DNA of 20,000 nucleotides from Hydrurus foetidus (Eukaryota). The stretch lies in assembly GCA_900617105.1 (NCBI GenBank), contig UYFQ01000177.1, positions 54,852 to 74,851 on the forward strand, read 5' to 3'. Positions within the stretch are counted from its first letter, which is position 1. Each line of letters starts with the position of its first letter. Made by a program: the position numbers and the translations under genes. Under the pieces are notes generated by a model. It was not told the origin of the DNA and searched no databases. It saw only the letters and a list, made by a program, of their open reading frames with translations. Below are positions 1 to 11,459 of the stretch, in pieces.

Positions 1-2
1 GG

Positions 3-449
3 ACCTCTGGCATTGCCAAGGTCAATTTGCCGCCGGGCTCGGTCGTGCTGTTTGCCGACGACTCGGCCGTAGCCCGCATGCTGGTGGAGGAAAGCCTGAA
101 GACCATGGGCGTGCACTTTGTGGCGGTGAAGAATGGCAAGGAAGCGTGGGAGAAGCTCAACAGCTTGCACGCCGAAGCCACCGCACAGGGCAAGAAGATC
201 AGGGACCGGGTCGCCCTGGTACTGACCGATCTGGAAATGCCCGAGATGGACGGCTTCACGCTCACGCGCAACATTAAGCAGGACATCCGCTTCTCGGGCA
301 TCCCGGTCATTGTGTATTCGTCGCTGACCGGCACCGCCAGCGAAGGCCACGCCACCAGCGTGGGCGCCGACGACTATGTGGCGAAGTTTGAGCCCCAGGA
401 ACTGGCGGAGTCCATCAGCAAGGTCCTCGCCAATTCGCTATCGTATTGA
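3..449 (+). CDS. cheV: C-terminal receiver domain of a CheV-like chemotaxis protein (5' part outside window)
   Basis: Frame open from the window start. Receiver motifs ADDS, LVLTDLEMPEMDGFTLTRNIK, IPVIVYSSL and GADDYVAKF; the SSL...GA..YVAKF pattern is typical of CheV. Confidence 0.8.
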   Translation, partial: TSGIAKVNLPPGSVVLFADDSAVARMLVEESLKTMGVHFVAVKNGKEAWEKLNSLHAEATAQGKKIRDRVALVLTDLEMPEMDGFTLTRNIKQDIRFSGIPVIVYSSLTGTASEGHATSVGADDYVAKFEPQELAESISKVLANSLSY

Positions 450-498
450 TAGCTGCTGGCGCATATTCCACGGGGGCTAGAAGCCGATTTGGCTTAAA
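437..498. repeat. Small palindromic intergenic element resembling a Comamonadaceae-type dispersed repeat
   Basis: GCTATC-gtatt-GATAGC (437-453) and AAGCC-gattt-GGCTT (481-495) between convergent genes. Resemblance to Rhodoferax/Acidovorax repeats is from memory; only one copy in the window. Confidence 0.55.
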
Positions 499-500
499 TT

Positions 501-1097
501 TCAGCGGAGGTATTCCACCAGCAGCAGCGCTTTAGCCAGGCCCTTGCCTGTATTGCGAATGGCGTGTTGCACGTCCACCGCATAGCGCGCGCTGTCGCCG
601 GCTTTCAGCACCTTGCTGCTGTCGGCGGCTTGCACGGTGAGCGTGCCGCTCAGCACCGACAAATGCTCCCGCGCTCCGGCCTCATGCGGCTCTGAGGCCA
701 GTACCCCACCGGCCTCCACCGTCAGCTCGTACCACTCCACCTTGCCGGCCAGGGCGATGGGCCCCAGGATGCGCAGCGTGCACTTGCCGTCGTTGCTGGT
801 GGTGACCGGAATGCTGTGCGCTGCTACCAGCTCCACCGTGGGGGCCGCTTTGACGGCCACACCACCGGCCAGCAGGTCAGTCAGGCTTAGCCCGAGCGCA
901 CTGGCCAGGCGCCACAGAACTCCCACCGTGGGGTTGGCCTGGTTGCGCTCTACCTCAGACAGCATGGACTTGGACACTCCCGAGCGCTTGGATAGCTCGT
1001 CCAGCGACAGTTTTTGCGCCTTGCGCATCTCTTGCAGCTTGGAGCCGACGGCAGGGGGGGCGTCGATGAGGGATGTAGAGGAGAGGACTTGCGCCAT
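501..1097 (-). CDS. XRE-family HTH transcriptional regulator with C-terminal cupin domain
   Basis: HTH LSLDELSKRSGVSKSMLSEVERNQANPTVGVLWRLA; cupin motifs EPHEAGAREHLSVLSG and LKAGDSARYAVDVQHAIRN. Confidence 0.92.
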   Translation of the reverse strand: MAQVLSSTSLIDAPPAVGSKLQEMRKAQKLSLDELSKRSGVSKSMLSEVERNQANPTVGVLWRLASALGLSLTDLLAGGVAVKAAPTVELVAAHSIPVTTSNDGKCTLRILGPIALAGKVEWYELTVEAGGVLASEPHEAGAREHLSVLSGTLTVQAADSSKVLKAGDSARYAVDVQHAIRNTGKGLAKALLLVEYLR

Positions 1098-1118
1098 GGT
1101 GGTTTTGGTCGGTAAAAT

Positions 1119-1148
1119 GGATTTTTGTTCGATATACCGGAAATATCC
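1119..1148. promoter_or_regulatory. Imperfect inverted repeat in the divergent promoter region; candidate operator
   Basis: GGATTTTT (1119-1126) and AAATATCC (1141-1148) pair at 7/8 positions around TTCGATATACCGGA, in the 82-bp AT-rich gap. Confidence 0.4.
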
Positions 1149-1179
1149 GCTAATCCAATCTTACACCGCCCACGCCACC

Positions 1180-2247
1180 ATGACCACCGCGACCCAAGCC
1201 ACCCCCCAGCACTCGGGCTACTACCTGCAATTCGCCAGCGACAACACCTCTGGCATCTGCCCCGAGGCCATGCAGGCGTTCATGGCGGCCAACACAGGTT
1301 TTGCAGCGTCTTACGGCAACGACGACTCCACGCGCCTGGCCTGCGACCGGCTGCGCCAGGTGTTTGAGGCCGATGCCGAAGTGTTCTTCGTGTTCAACGG
1401 CACGGCGGCCAACTCGATTGCGCTGGCCTCGTTGTGCCAGTCTTACCAAGCTGTCATTTGCAGCGACACGGCGCATGTGGAGACGGACGAATGCGGCGCG
1501 CCCGAGTTTTTCTCCAACGGCTCCAAGCTGCTCTCGGCCCCGCACCGCCATGGCAAGCTCACCTCGGCCGGCGTGCTGGAGGTCATCACCCGCCGCACCG
1601 ATGTGCACTACCCTCGGCCCAAGGTGGTCACGCTGACCCAGTCCACGGAATTGGGCACGGTCTACCAAAAGGGCGAGATCAGCGGCATCAGCCGCATTGC
1701 GCAGGAGCATGGCCTGAAGGTGCACATGGACGGCGCGCGTTTTGCCAACGCGGTGGCCGCGCTGAAGGTGGCGCCGGGCGACATCACCTGGCGCGCGGGA
1801 GTGGATGTGCTGTGCTTTGGCGGCACCAAGATGGGCCTGCCGATTGGCGAGGCGATTGTGTTTTTTGACCGCAAGCTGGGCGAGGAGTTTTCCTACCGCT
1901 GCAAGCAGGCCGGGCAACTGGCCTCCAAGATGCGCTACCTGTCCGCCCCCTGGCTGGCCATGCTGACCGATGGCACCTGGCTGCGCCACGCTGCCCACGC
2001 TAACGCTATGGCGCAGCGCCTGTCCGACAAGGTGGCCGGCATTGCAGGGGCCGAGTTGCTACTGCCCACCGAGGTGAATGGTGTGTTTGTGAATCTGCCC
2101 GAACCCGCCACTGCCCGCCTCAAGGCCCTGGGCTGGACCTTCTACACCTTCATCGGTGGCGGCGCCCGCTTCATGTGCTCCTGGGCCACCACCGATGAGG
2201 CGGTGGACCACTTGGCGCATGACCTGGAGCGGGTGTTGGCGGGGTGA
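1180..2247 (+). CDS. ltaE: Low-specificity L-threonine aldolase (PLP-dependent, beta-eliminating lyase family)
   Basis: FASDN, YGND, FVFNGTAANS, HVETDECGAPEFF, HMDGARFANA and FGGTK (PLP lysine). Real start ATG 1180, not 613. Confidence 0.92.
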   Translation: MTTATQATPQHSGYYLQFASDNTSGICPEAMQAFMAANTGFAASYGNDDSTRLACDRLRQVFEADAEVFFVFNGTAANSIALASLCQSYQAVICSDTAHVETDECGAPEFFSNGSKLLSAPHRHGKLTSAGVLEVITRRTDVHYPRPKVVTLTQSTELGTVYQKGEISGISRIAQEHGLKVHMDGARFANAVAALKVAPGDITWRAGVDVLCFGGTKMGLPIGEAIVFFDRKLGEEFSYRCKQAGQLASKMRYLSAPWLAMLTDGTWLRHAAHANAMAQRLSDKVAGIAGAELLLPTEVNGVFVNLPEPATARLKALGWTFYTFIGGGARFMCSWATTDEAVDHLAHDLERVLAG

Positions 2248-2254
2248 GTGATCC

Positions 2255-3697
2255 TCAGCCTATCCGCTTCCGATGCCGCGCAATCTGCGCACGCACCTGC
2301 ACCGGTGCAGTGCCACCCAGAATGTTGCGCGCATTGAGCGAGCCACGCAGGCTCAGGCACTCGTACACATCTTTCTCAATGCTGGCGTGGAAGCCTTGCA
2401 GCACGGCCAGGGGCAGTTCGGACAAATCGCAGGCATGGGACTGGGCCGCTTTGACGGCGTGGGCCACGGTCTCGTGGGCATCGCGGAAGGGCAGGCCTTT
2501 TTTCACCAGGTAGTCGGCCAGGTCGGTGGCGGTGGCGTAGCCTTTTAGTGCGGCGCGCTCCATGGCTTCGGCGTTCACGCTGATGCCACCTTCTTTGGCC
2601 CGTGGCCGCGTTCACTTGGCCGCCAATCATTTCCGAGAAGATGCGCAGCGTGTCTTTCAGGGTGTCCACGGTGTCGAACAGGGGCTCTTTGTCTTCCTGG
2701 TTGTCCTTGTTGTAGGCCAGTGGTTGGCCCTTCATCAGCGTGATCAGGCCCATCAGGTGACCAACCACGCGGCCGGTCTTCCCGCGGGCCAACTCGGGTA
2801 CGTCGGGGTTTTTCTTCTGCGGCATGATGCTTGATCCCGTGGTGAAACGGTCGGCAATCTTGATGAAGCTGAAGTTCTGGCTCATCCAGATGATGAGCTC
2901 TTCGCTCATGCGGCTGATGTGCACCATGGTCAGAGTGGCGGCGCTGGTGAACTCAATCGCAAAGTCGCGGTCACTCACCGCGTCCAGGCTGTTTTGGCAG
3001 ACGCAGGGCTGGCCTTGCTCGTCCACCATGCCGAGCAGGGTGGCCACCAGTTCACGGTCTAGCGGGTAGCTGGTGCCTGCCAGTGCTGCGGCACCCAAGG
3101 GCAGGCGGTTGACCCGGCGGCGCACATCGGACAAGCGTTCTGCATCACGGGCAAACATTTCCACATAGGCCAGCAGATGGTGGGCAAAGCTCACGGGCTG
3201 GGCCACTTGCAGGTGGGTGAAACCGGGCAAGATCACTTCCACGTTTTTGGCGGCCACTTCCACCAGCGCTTGCTGTAATTCCACCAGCAGGCCGCTGATG
3301 AGGTCAATCTCGTGGCGCAACCACAGGCGCACGTCTGTCGCCACCTGGTCGTTGCGGAGCGGCCGGTGTGCAGGCGCTTGCCGGCGTCGCCCACCAGCTG
3401 GGTCAGGCGCGCTTCGATGTTCAGGTGCACGTCTTCCAGGTCCAGCTTCCATTCAAACGCGCCGGATTCGATCTCGCCCCAGATCTGCGCCATGCCGCGC
3501 TTGATGCCGGCACGGTCGTCGGCGCTGACGATGCCCTGGTGATGCAGCATCCGGCGTGAGCGAGGGAGCCTGCACGTCTGCGCGCCAGAGCGCTGATCAA
3601 AAACACGCTGGCGGTGTAGCGTTTGACCAGCTCGCTCATCGGCTCGGAAAACAGCGCGACCAGCTTCGGATTTGTTGTCGAGTGGATTGGTCGCCAT
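2255..3697 (-). CDS. argH: Argininosuccinate lyase (several apparent frameshifts, probably sequence errors)
   Basis: Across frames: [95 protein letters not shown]. Confidence 0.95.
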
Positions 3698-3786
3698 GGG
3701 CTCGCGGCGAGCATCGCGGTGCGCGTCGTCGCCGGTGTGGTGGAGGGTTTGTAGGACAATGCGCCGAAGCGACGCCGATTCTATCG

Positions 3787-4821
3787 ATGAGGCCCTGCCC
3801 CCGACAACCCCGCCTCGACCTTCCTGTCGGGCTTTGGCACCTTGCCGGAGCCCGATGTGGCCGCAGGGCGCCCGGCAGCGCTGTTCGATGTCTGCCACGT
3901 CGTGGTGCTGCGCGCGATGCTGTTCGCGCACGCCGTGCTCGCCGTCGGTGTCCTCACTGTGGCCACCTTCGACGCCTGGGTCCTGAGCTTCGCGCTTGGC
4001 ACCGGCATCGTGACGCCGGCCCTGCTGGCCTGGCTGATCGTGGCCTGCGCGTTGAAGGCGCCTCTGGCGAGGTTTCCGGTCGGGCCGCAGGCGGTCGTGA
4101 TCGGCGCGCTGGGGCCTTGTGCGCCATGGGCGGCTGGCAGCTGAGCGCTCAGTTCGGCCTGAGCGAGCTCGAGCGCATCGCCCGCTGGGCCGGTGCTGGC
4201 AGGCGCCGGCATGGCGCTGGTGATGTTGCAATGGCTGCGCATGCGGGCACTGGCGCGCACCCGGCCGACACCGCGGCCAAGCTGGCCGAGCTGCAATCGC
4301 GGATCCGGCCGCACTTCCTGTTCAACACCCTGAATTCGGCGCTGGTTCTGGTGCGCCATGACCCACAGCGCGCCGAGGCCGTGCTGGAAGACCTGGCTGA
4401 ACTGCTCCGCGTTGCGCTGACTGAAGTGGGCGAGTCGGTGTCGCTGAACGAAGAAGTCGAGCTGGCGCTACGCGGCGATAGAGCAGATCCGCTTCGGCGA
4501 GCGGCTGGCCGTGACCTGGGAACTCGACCCGGCCGCCGGCGCGCATGCCGCCCCTGCTGCGCAGCCGCTGGTCGAGAACGCGGTGCGGCACGGTATCGAG
4601 ACCGCCGATGACGGCGGCACGATCCGCGTGCGCACCTGGGTCAAGGGCGGCCGCGCCGTGATCTCGATCGCCAACAGCGTGCCCGCCACCGCATCGCGGC
4701 CGGGTTGGGCATGGCGCTGAACAACGTGCAGGAGCGGCTGCGGCTGATGCACGATGTGAACGCGCACGAGAGTCGGCGCGATGCCGACAGCTTCCGCGTG
4801 CAGATCGTGGTGCCGCTGTGA
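3787..4821 (+). CDS. LytS/AlgZ(FimS)-like sensor histidine kinase (frameshifted)
   Basis: N-terminal hydrophobic segments; [20 protein letters not shown]-box; [12 protein letters not shown]-box; [16 protein letters not shown]; stop TGA 4819-4821. Start approximate. Confidence 0.88.
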
Positions 4822-5654
4822 GCGGTTCAGCCCCTCCGCCTCGCACCCGCTGCGCGTGCTGCTGGTCGATGACGAGGCTGGCGCGGCTTCGGCTGCGCAC
4901 GTTGCTCGCCGACTGCAGAGAGCCCGGTGCGACCGTGGCGGGTGAGGTCGCCAACGCGGCACAGGCGCTGGAATGGCTGCAGGCGGCGGCTACCGGCAAC
5001 GAGCCCGACCATCGCCCGTGCGACCTGGTGTTGCTGGACGTCCAGATGCCGGGCGCGATGGCACCCAACTGGCCGAAGAGTTGCGTGCCCCCGGCCACAC
5101 CGGCGGTGGTGTTCGTGACTGCGCATGCCGGCCACGCGCTGAAGGCCTTCGACCTGGAAGCGGTGGACTACCTGATCCAAGCCGGTGCGCCGCGAGCGGC
5201 TGCAACTGGCCTTTGCAGCGGTCGCAGCGCGGCTCGCGCCGATCGCCGCCGCTGCCGACGCCATGGTTCAGCCCGACCCCGTGCTGGTGGTGAGCGAACG
5301 CGGCCGTGCGTGCGTGCCGCTGGCCGAGGTGCTGTACCTGAAGGCCGAGCTGAAATACGTGACGCTGCGCACCGCTGCCCACACCCATGTGCTCGACGAT
5401 GCCCTGAGCGATCTCGAACAACGGCTGGGCCTGCGCTTTTGCGGGTGCACCGCAATGCGCTGGTCGCCCGCTCAGCCATCATCGCACTCGAACGCCGCGC
5501 GCTCAACGACAAGCGGGCAGCGAGGGCGACGACGCCGAAGACGGCCCGGCAAGCGACTGCTGGGCGGTCAAGGTGGCCCCGGTGGGTGAATGGCTGGCCG
5601 TGTCACGCCGCCAGGCCAGTGCAGTGCGCGGCGCTGGCGGCCAGCGGGCTGTAG
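4818..5654 (+). CDS. LytTR-family response regulator, AlgR-like (frameshifted)
   Basis: GTGA overlap with the kinase; LLDVQMPG, VVFVTAH, ALKAFDLEAVDYL, VLYLKAELKYVTLRT, RVHRNALV. Confidence 0.9.
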   Translation: MSGSAPPPRTRCACCWSMTRLARLRLRTLLADCREPGATVAGEVANAAQALEWLQAAATGNEPDHRPCDLVLLDVQMPGAMAPNWPKSCVPPATPAVVFVTAHAGHALKAFDLEAVDYLIQAGAPRAAATGLCSGRSAARADRRRCRRHGSARPRAGGERTRPCVRAAGRGAVPEGRAEIRDAAHRCPHPCARRCPERSRTTAGPALLRVHRNALVARSAIIALERRALNDKRAARATTPKTARQATAGRSRWPRWVNGWPCHAARPVQCAALAASGL

Positions 5655-5679
5655 GCCCGCCAGGCCTGGCCGGGCAACC

Positions 5680-7707
5680 TCACCCGGTGTTGCGCAGCCC
5701 GCTGCCACCCCATTGATCGAGATGTGGATGCCGCGCTGCATACGCTCGTTGCCGGCCGCCTTCGCGGCGCTGGCGATGGCGGCGCATCAGCTCGACCTGC
5801 AGGTGGTTCAGCGGGCGAGGTAGGGGAACCGGTGCTGGATCGAACGCGCGAGCGAGGGGTTGGAGGCGAGCCGATCGGTGTGGCCCGTGATCAGCGTGAG
5901 GGCCCGTTGGTCAGCGCCCACTGGCCTGAATCAACCCGAAGATGCGTTTGCCGAGCTTCTTGTCTTCGACCAGTTCCACATACCGCGCAGCGATGCCGAG
6001 GTCACTTTGGCGATCACCATGTCGAGTTGGACAGCAGCGTCTGGAAGAACGGCCACTGCTTGTGCATAACGCTGCAGCAGCGCCAGGCGCTCGGCGCGGG
6101 TGGCGGCATCGCGGGTCAGGAAGGAGTTGATCGCCGCCAAAGCCGCACCAGCCGGGCAAGGCCAGGCGGCACTGGCCCCAGCTGAAGCCCCAGGGGATGG
6201 CGCGCAGGTCTTCGATCGCGTTGGTCGCCTTGCGCGCCGCAGGGCGCGAGCCGATGTTGAGCCCGCGATCTCGCGGATCGGCGTCGCGCTGAAGAAGTAC
6301 TCGGTGAATCCGGGCGTTTCGTAGACCAGCTTGCGGTAAGCGGCGTAGCTGGCCTCGCTGATGGCCGCAGCCGCGTCGAGGAAGCTCTTGGCGCGCCCAT
6401 GCGACCGGCTTTCTGCCCCCGCGCTGGCCGACTTGGTGGGTTGCAGCAGCGTGGCTTCCAGCGTGGCGGCGACCAGGGTTTCCAGGTTGCGCCGGCCGAT
6501 CTCGGGGTTGGCGTATTTGGAGCCAATCACTTCACCTTGTTCGGTCAGGCGGATCTGGCCGCGCACGGTGCCGGGGGGCTGGGCCAGGATGGCCTGGTAG
6601 CTGGGGCCGCCGCCACGGCCTACCGTGCCGCCACGGCCATGGAACATGCGTAGCTGGATCTTGTGCTGCTTGTCCAGCACGTCGAACAACTCCACCAGCG
6701 CGATCTCGGCGCGGTACAGCTCCCAGTTGCTGGTGAAGATGCCGCCGTCTTTGTTGGAGTCGGAGTAGCCCAGCATGATGTCCTGCTCGGAACCACTGCG
6801 CTTAACCAGATCGGCCACGCCGGGCAGGGCGTAGAACTCGCGCATGATGGGCGCGGCGTTGCGCAGGTCTTCAATGGTTTCGAACAGCGGCACCACGATC
6901 AGGTCGGCCACGGAGCCACCAGGCGACCCTGCTGATGTTTCGGCGTCATCCAGCGCCCCGCATCAGGCCGCTTTCCTTCATCAGCAGCAGCACCTCGAGC
7001 AGATCGCTCGTCTCCTCGGTGTGCGAGATGATGCAGTGGCGCAGTGCGTCGGGGCCGTAGCGTCGGCGCATCTCCAGCGCGGTTTCGAAGATGGCCAGCT
7101 CACGGCCAGCTCGCTGTAGGACGCGGCCCGCACCCGCAACGGCCGGCATCGTTGAGCAGCTTCAGCAGCACCGTGCGCCGGGCGGCTTCATCGAGCGCTG
7201 AATAGTTCGGCTCAATCTTCGCCACGCGCATCAGTTCAGCCAGCACGGCTTCGTGTTTGTCCGAGCTTTGCCGCAGATCGACGGTGGCCAGGTGGAACCC
7301 GAACACCTGCACGCGCGCATCAGCGGCCGCAGGTTGCGCGGCCAGCGCCTGGGCATGGTGCGCATTCAGCGACGCCTCGATCACCTGCAGGTCGGCCAGA
7401 AACTCCTTGCCAGCAGGTAGGGGTTTTGCGGGGCACCGCATGGCGCAGCGGCCTCGGTGCCGGTGAGCTTTTCAGTGCAGCGGCCAGCCGGGCGTAGATG
7501 CCGGTCAGGGCGCGGCGGTAGGGCTCGTCCATGCGGTGCGGATTGTGGTCGGGGGAGCGCTCGGCCAACGCGCGCATCTCGGGCGTGCAGTCGGCCAGCA
7601 TGGCGGAGATGGACAGCTCAGCACCCAGGCGGTGCACCTCGGTCAGGTAGCGCAGCACTGTCTTCGGCCTGGCGCCAGCGCGGTCTGCAGGGTGGTGGCG
7701 GTGACGT

Positions 7708-7739
<32 letters not shown>

Positions 7740-8485
7740 TTGCCCATGCGGAAGAAGCTGGCGATCGGGTGGCCCGGCAGTGCGCCTCGATGTCGCGGCA
7801 TCCGCGGATCTGCGCAGGAAGGTGGATTGGTAATAGCTGAGCGCGTTCTCGATCTCGTCGGCCACGGTCAGCTTGGTGTTGCGCAGCATCCGCGTCTGCC
7901 ACAGCTGGGTGACGCGGGCGCGGATCAGTGCCCGTTGTCGGACCGCTCGCGCTCGATGCGCAGGTGATCGCGCTGCTCGACCAGCTCGGCGATCGCGCGC
8001 TCGGCGTCGAGGATGCTCTTGCGCTGCACCTCGGTCGGGTGGGCGGTCAGCACCGGCGAGATGTAGGCGTGCTCGAGCGTGCGCACGATGTCGGCGGCGC
8101 GAATGTCGGCCGCGGCCAGCCGCTCGAAGGTCAGCGCGAGTGAGCCCTGCTGCAGGTCGCCGTAGCGCCTGCGCTTCGCGCAGCCGCACCTGGTGGCGAT
8201 CTTCGGCAATGTTCGCCAAGTGCGAGAAGTAACTGAAGGCGCGGATCACGCTCACGGTCTGGTCGCCCGACAGGTTCTTCAGCAGCCGATCCAGCGCGCG
8301 GCCTGCCTGCGCGTCACGCTTGAGTCGGTAGCCCACCGACAACTTGCACCCGCTCGACCAGCCGAACGCCTCCTTGCCTTCTTGCTCGCGGATCACATCG
8401 CCGAGGATGCGGCCGAGCAACCGGATGTCCTCGACCAGCGGTCGGTTCTTGTCGGCAGCGGCCGCGTGCGGTGTTTTCTGGGCAT
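5680..8485 (-). CDS. ppc: Phosphoenolpyruvate carboxylase (many apparent frameshifts; start could be up to 8555)
   Basis: [72 protein letters not shown] and C-terminal INGVAAGLRNTG-stop. Confidence 0.95.
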
Positions 8486-8561
8486 GGTGGGTCGGTTCGA
8501 CTGGGTTTCGTGGCGGGCGTTTACGGATGGCTGCAAGACTCGCGCCTGCTAGCATTCCCGG

Positions 8562-9480
8562 ATGAGCTCACACATCATCATCGCCACCGGGAAAGCCGTC
8601 TCGCGCTGTGGCAGGCCGAATACGTCCGCGATCTGTTGAAAGCTGCTTCGGCCTCAGCGTCGAACTGCTCGGCATGACCACGCGTGGCGACGAGATTCTG
8701 ACCGCACGCTGTCGAAGGTCGGCGGCAAGGGCCTGTTCGTGAAAGAGCTCGAAACCGCGCTCGAAGAGGGCCGCGCGCAACTGGCGGTGCATTCGCTCAA
8801 GATGTGCCGATGGACCTGCCCGATGGCTTCGAGCTGGCCGCGGTGCTCGAGCGCGAGGATCCGCGCGATGCGTTCGTGTCGAACACCTACATGTCCTTCG
8901 CCGATCTGCCGCAGGCGCCAAGGTCGGCACGTCGAGCCTGCGCCGCGTGGTGCAGCTGAGAGCACTGCGCCCGACCTGCTGGTGGAGGAAGCGCGGCAAC
9001 CTCGATACCCGTCTGCGCAAGCTCGACGAAGGCCAGTACGACGCGATCGTGCTGGCAGCCGCCGGCTGAAACGGCTGGGCATGGCCCACGCATCCGCAGC
9101 AATTTGCCACCGACCAGATGCTGCCCTGCGCCGGACAAGGTGCACTCGGCCTTGAAGTGCGCAGTGATGCCACCGCCCTGCGCACCAAGCTCGCCACGCT
9201 GGTGCACATGCCGACCGCCCTGGCGGTGCAGGCCGAACGCGCCGTCGCGGGCACTCGGCGGCAGCTGCATGCCGCTGGCCGCGCACGCGGTCTGGCCTGA
9301 CGGCGCGTTCAGCCTGCGCGCTGCGGTCGGCCCTGAGGACGCCGCCGCGCCGCTGTTGCGCGCGTCGGTCAACGCCGTCGTGCAGACCGAAGCACAGGCC
9401 CGCGCTCTTACGAACAGGCCGCTGCGGCCTTGCGCGACGCGGGTGCTGCGGCCTACCTGAGTGCGGTGGGCAGCGCCTGA
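8562..9480 (+). CDS. hemC: Hydroxymethylbilane synthase (frameshifted)
   Basis: [83 protein letters not shown]. Confidence 0.95.
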
Positions 9481-9541
9481 GCGCGGCCCGCGCGACCGGT
9501 GACGGCCCCGCCTGCATCGGGTCACCACCAGGGCTGATCGG

Positions 9542-10306
9542 ATGCGCGTCATCGTCACCCGCCCGGCCGCGCAGGCAACGCCCTGGGTGCAGTCACTGGT
9601 ACAGCACGGCTGCATGCCGCCGCGTTGCCACTGATCGAGATCGCCCCAACGCTGGACACCGCAGCCGTGACCGCGGCGTGGCAACAGCTGGCAAATGCGC
9701 GCCTGGTGATGTTCGTCAGTGCCAACGCGGTCGAACACTTCTTCGCCTTGCGTCCACCCCAGGCCGCTCGCCATTTCACACCCAGGCCGCAGCACCCGGC
9801 CCTGGCACCACGCGCGCGCCCTGCAGGACGCGGGGTTCCGGTCTCGCAGATCGTCGAGCCGGCGCCCGACAGCGCCCAGTTCGACTCGAAGCGCTGTGGC
9901 AGGTGCTGCGCCTGCAGGACTGGCAAGGTGCCACGGTGCAGGTGGTGCGCGGCGACGGCGGACGCGACTGGCTGGCCGACACCTTGCGCGAGCACGGCGC
10001 CCGCGTGGGTTTCGTGTCGGCCTATCGGCGCAGTGCGCCGCGCTGGGACGACGCAGCGCAATCGCTGCTGGCCGACGCCCTCGCGCGGCCCGTCGATCAC
10101 CTGTGGTTTTTCAGCAGCTCCGAGGCCATCGATCACCTGATGGCGCGCCTGCATGACCAGGCGCTTGCCCTGCCCGCAGGCGCCCAGGCGCTGGCCACAC
10201 ACCCGCGCATCGCAGCGCGGGCCACGGCGGCTGGTTTTTCACCGGTGTGGCAGTCCTGCCGGCGCTGCCCGAAGTGGTCGCCTGCATACAATCGATCGCA
10301 CTTTGA
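9542..10306 (+). CDS. hemD: Uroporphyrinogen-III synthase (frameshifted)
   Basis: MRVIVTRPAAQA, PLIEIAP, MFVSANAVEHFF, VRGDGGRDWLADTL, AYRR, FSSSEAI, ATHPRIA; follows hemC. Confidence 0.92.
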
Positions 10307-11438
10307 ACGATCACACCACCGCCGCCGCTCCAGCGGGATCTCCGCCTCCGCCGCCTGTGGCCGATCTGCCCTTCACCGACCTGCAGCCCACCCATCGCAA
10401 CTCGCTGGGGCTGACATGCGCTGGTGGTCTGCGCTGGCGGCCGTGCTGGCAGTGATGGCGGGCGTCAGTCTGACGCTGGCCTGGAAGACGCAGCAACGCG
10501 TCAAGGCGGTCGAGCAAGAGATGGTCAGGCGGCTCGATGAAGGCCGCAAGCAATCCAGCGAAGCGCAGCTGCTGTCAGAAGCAGTCGCAAGACAGCGCGC
10601 GCCACGGCGGCCAAGGTGGCCCTGCTCGAGGCGCGGGTGGCCGAGGTGGCGATCCAGCGCAGCCAGCTGGAAGACCTGATGCAGTCGCTGTCGCGCTCAC
10701 GCGATGAGAACCTGCTGGTCGACATCGATGCCGGCATCCGCGTGGCGATGCAGCAAACCGCCATCACCGGCAGCGCCGACCGCTGGTGGCCATGCTCGCA
10801 GGCCGACGACCGGCTGCTGCACTGCAACCAGCCCCGGCTCGAAGGCGTCAGGCGTACATCGCGCGCGATCTCGACCGCGTGAAAGCCGTGGGCCTGATCG
10901 ACATCCCGACACTGACCATCAAGCTCGACGAAGCCGCCCGATGATCGACGAGCTGCCGCTGCGCCAACGCGGTGCCTCGGCCGGTGCCCGCCAAGAGCAA
11001 GCCTGCCGCCGCGGCCGAGCCCTCTGCAGCCAGCGCCCATGGCGCCGCCTCGGCGCCACAAACCCTGGTGGCAAACCTGGGACGGCGGATGGGCCACGGT
11101 GACCGAGCGCATCTGGAACGAGGCCAAGTCGTTGATCCGCGTCACACGCATCGACCACCCGATGCGGTGCTGCTGGCACCCGACAACGCGTTCTTCGTGC
11201 GCGAGAACCTGAAGCTGCGGCTGCTGAACGCCCGCCTGGCGCTGCTCAGCCGCCAGTTCGAGACCACGCAGAGCGATCTGCAGGTTCAGGCGCGCTCGAC
11301 CGCTACTTCGATCGCAGTGCCCGCAGCACGGTGCTGCTGGCCCAGACGCTGAGCCGTGGCTGCGCAGGCAAGGCAGGTCAACGTGCCCAAGCCCGACGAC
11401 ACGCTGGTGCGTTGGCCGCAGCCGCGGCCGGACGCTGA
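10303..11438 (+). CDS. hemX: HemX-family membrane protein (frameshifted)
   Basis: TTGA overlap with hemD; TM helix then coiled coil; QRSQLEDLMQSLSRSRDENL, LIRVTRID, LLAPDNAFFVRENLKLRLLNARLALLSRQ; position between hemD and hemY. Confidence 0.85.
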
Positions 11439-11459
11439 GCACCACAGGCGGCTGCGGCG

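Noticed and set aside
613..1179. 189-aa N-terminal extension of threonine aldolase in the ORF track
   Set aside because: It is the antisense shadow of the XRE gene; aldolase similarity begins after ATG 1180.
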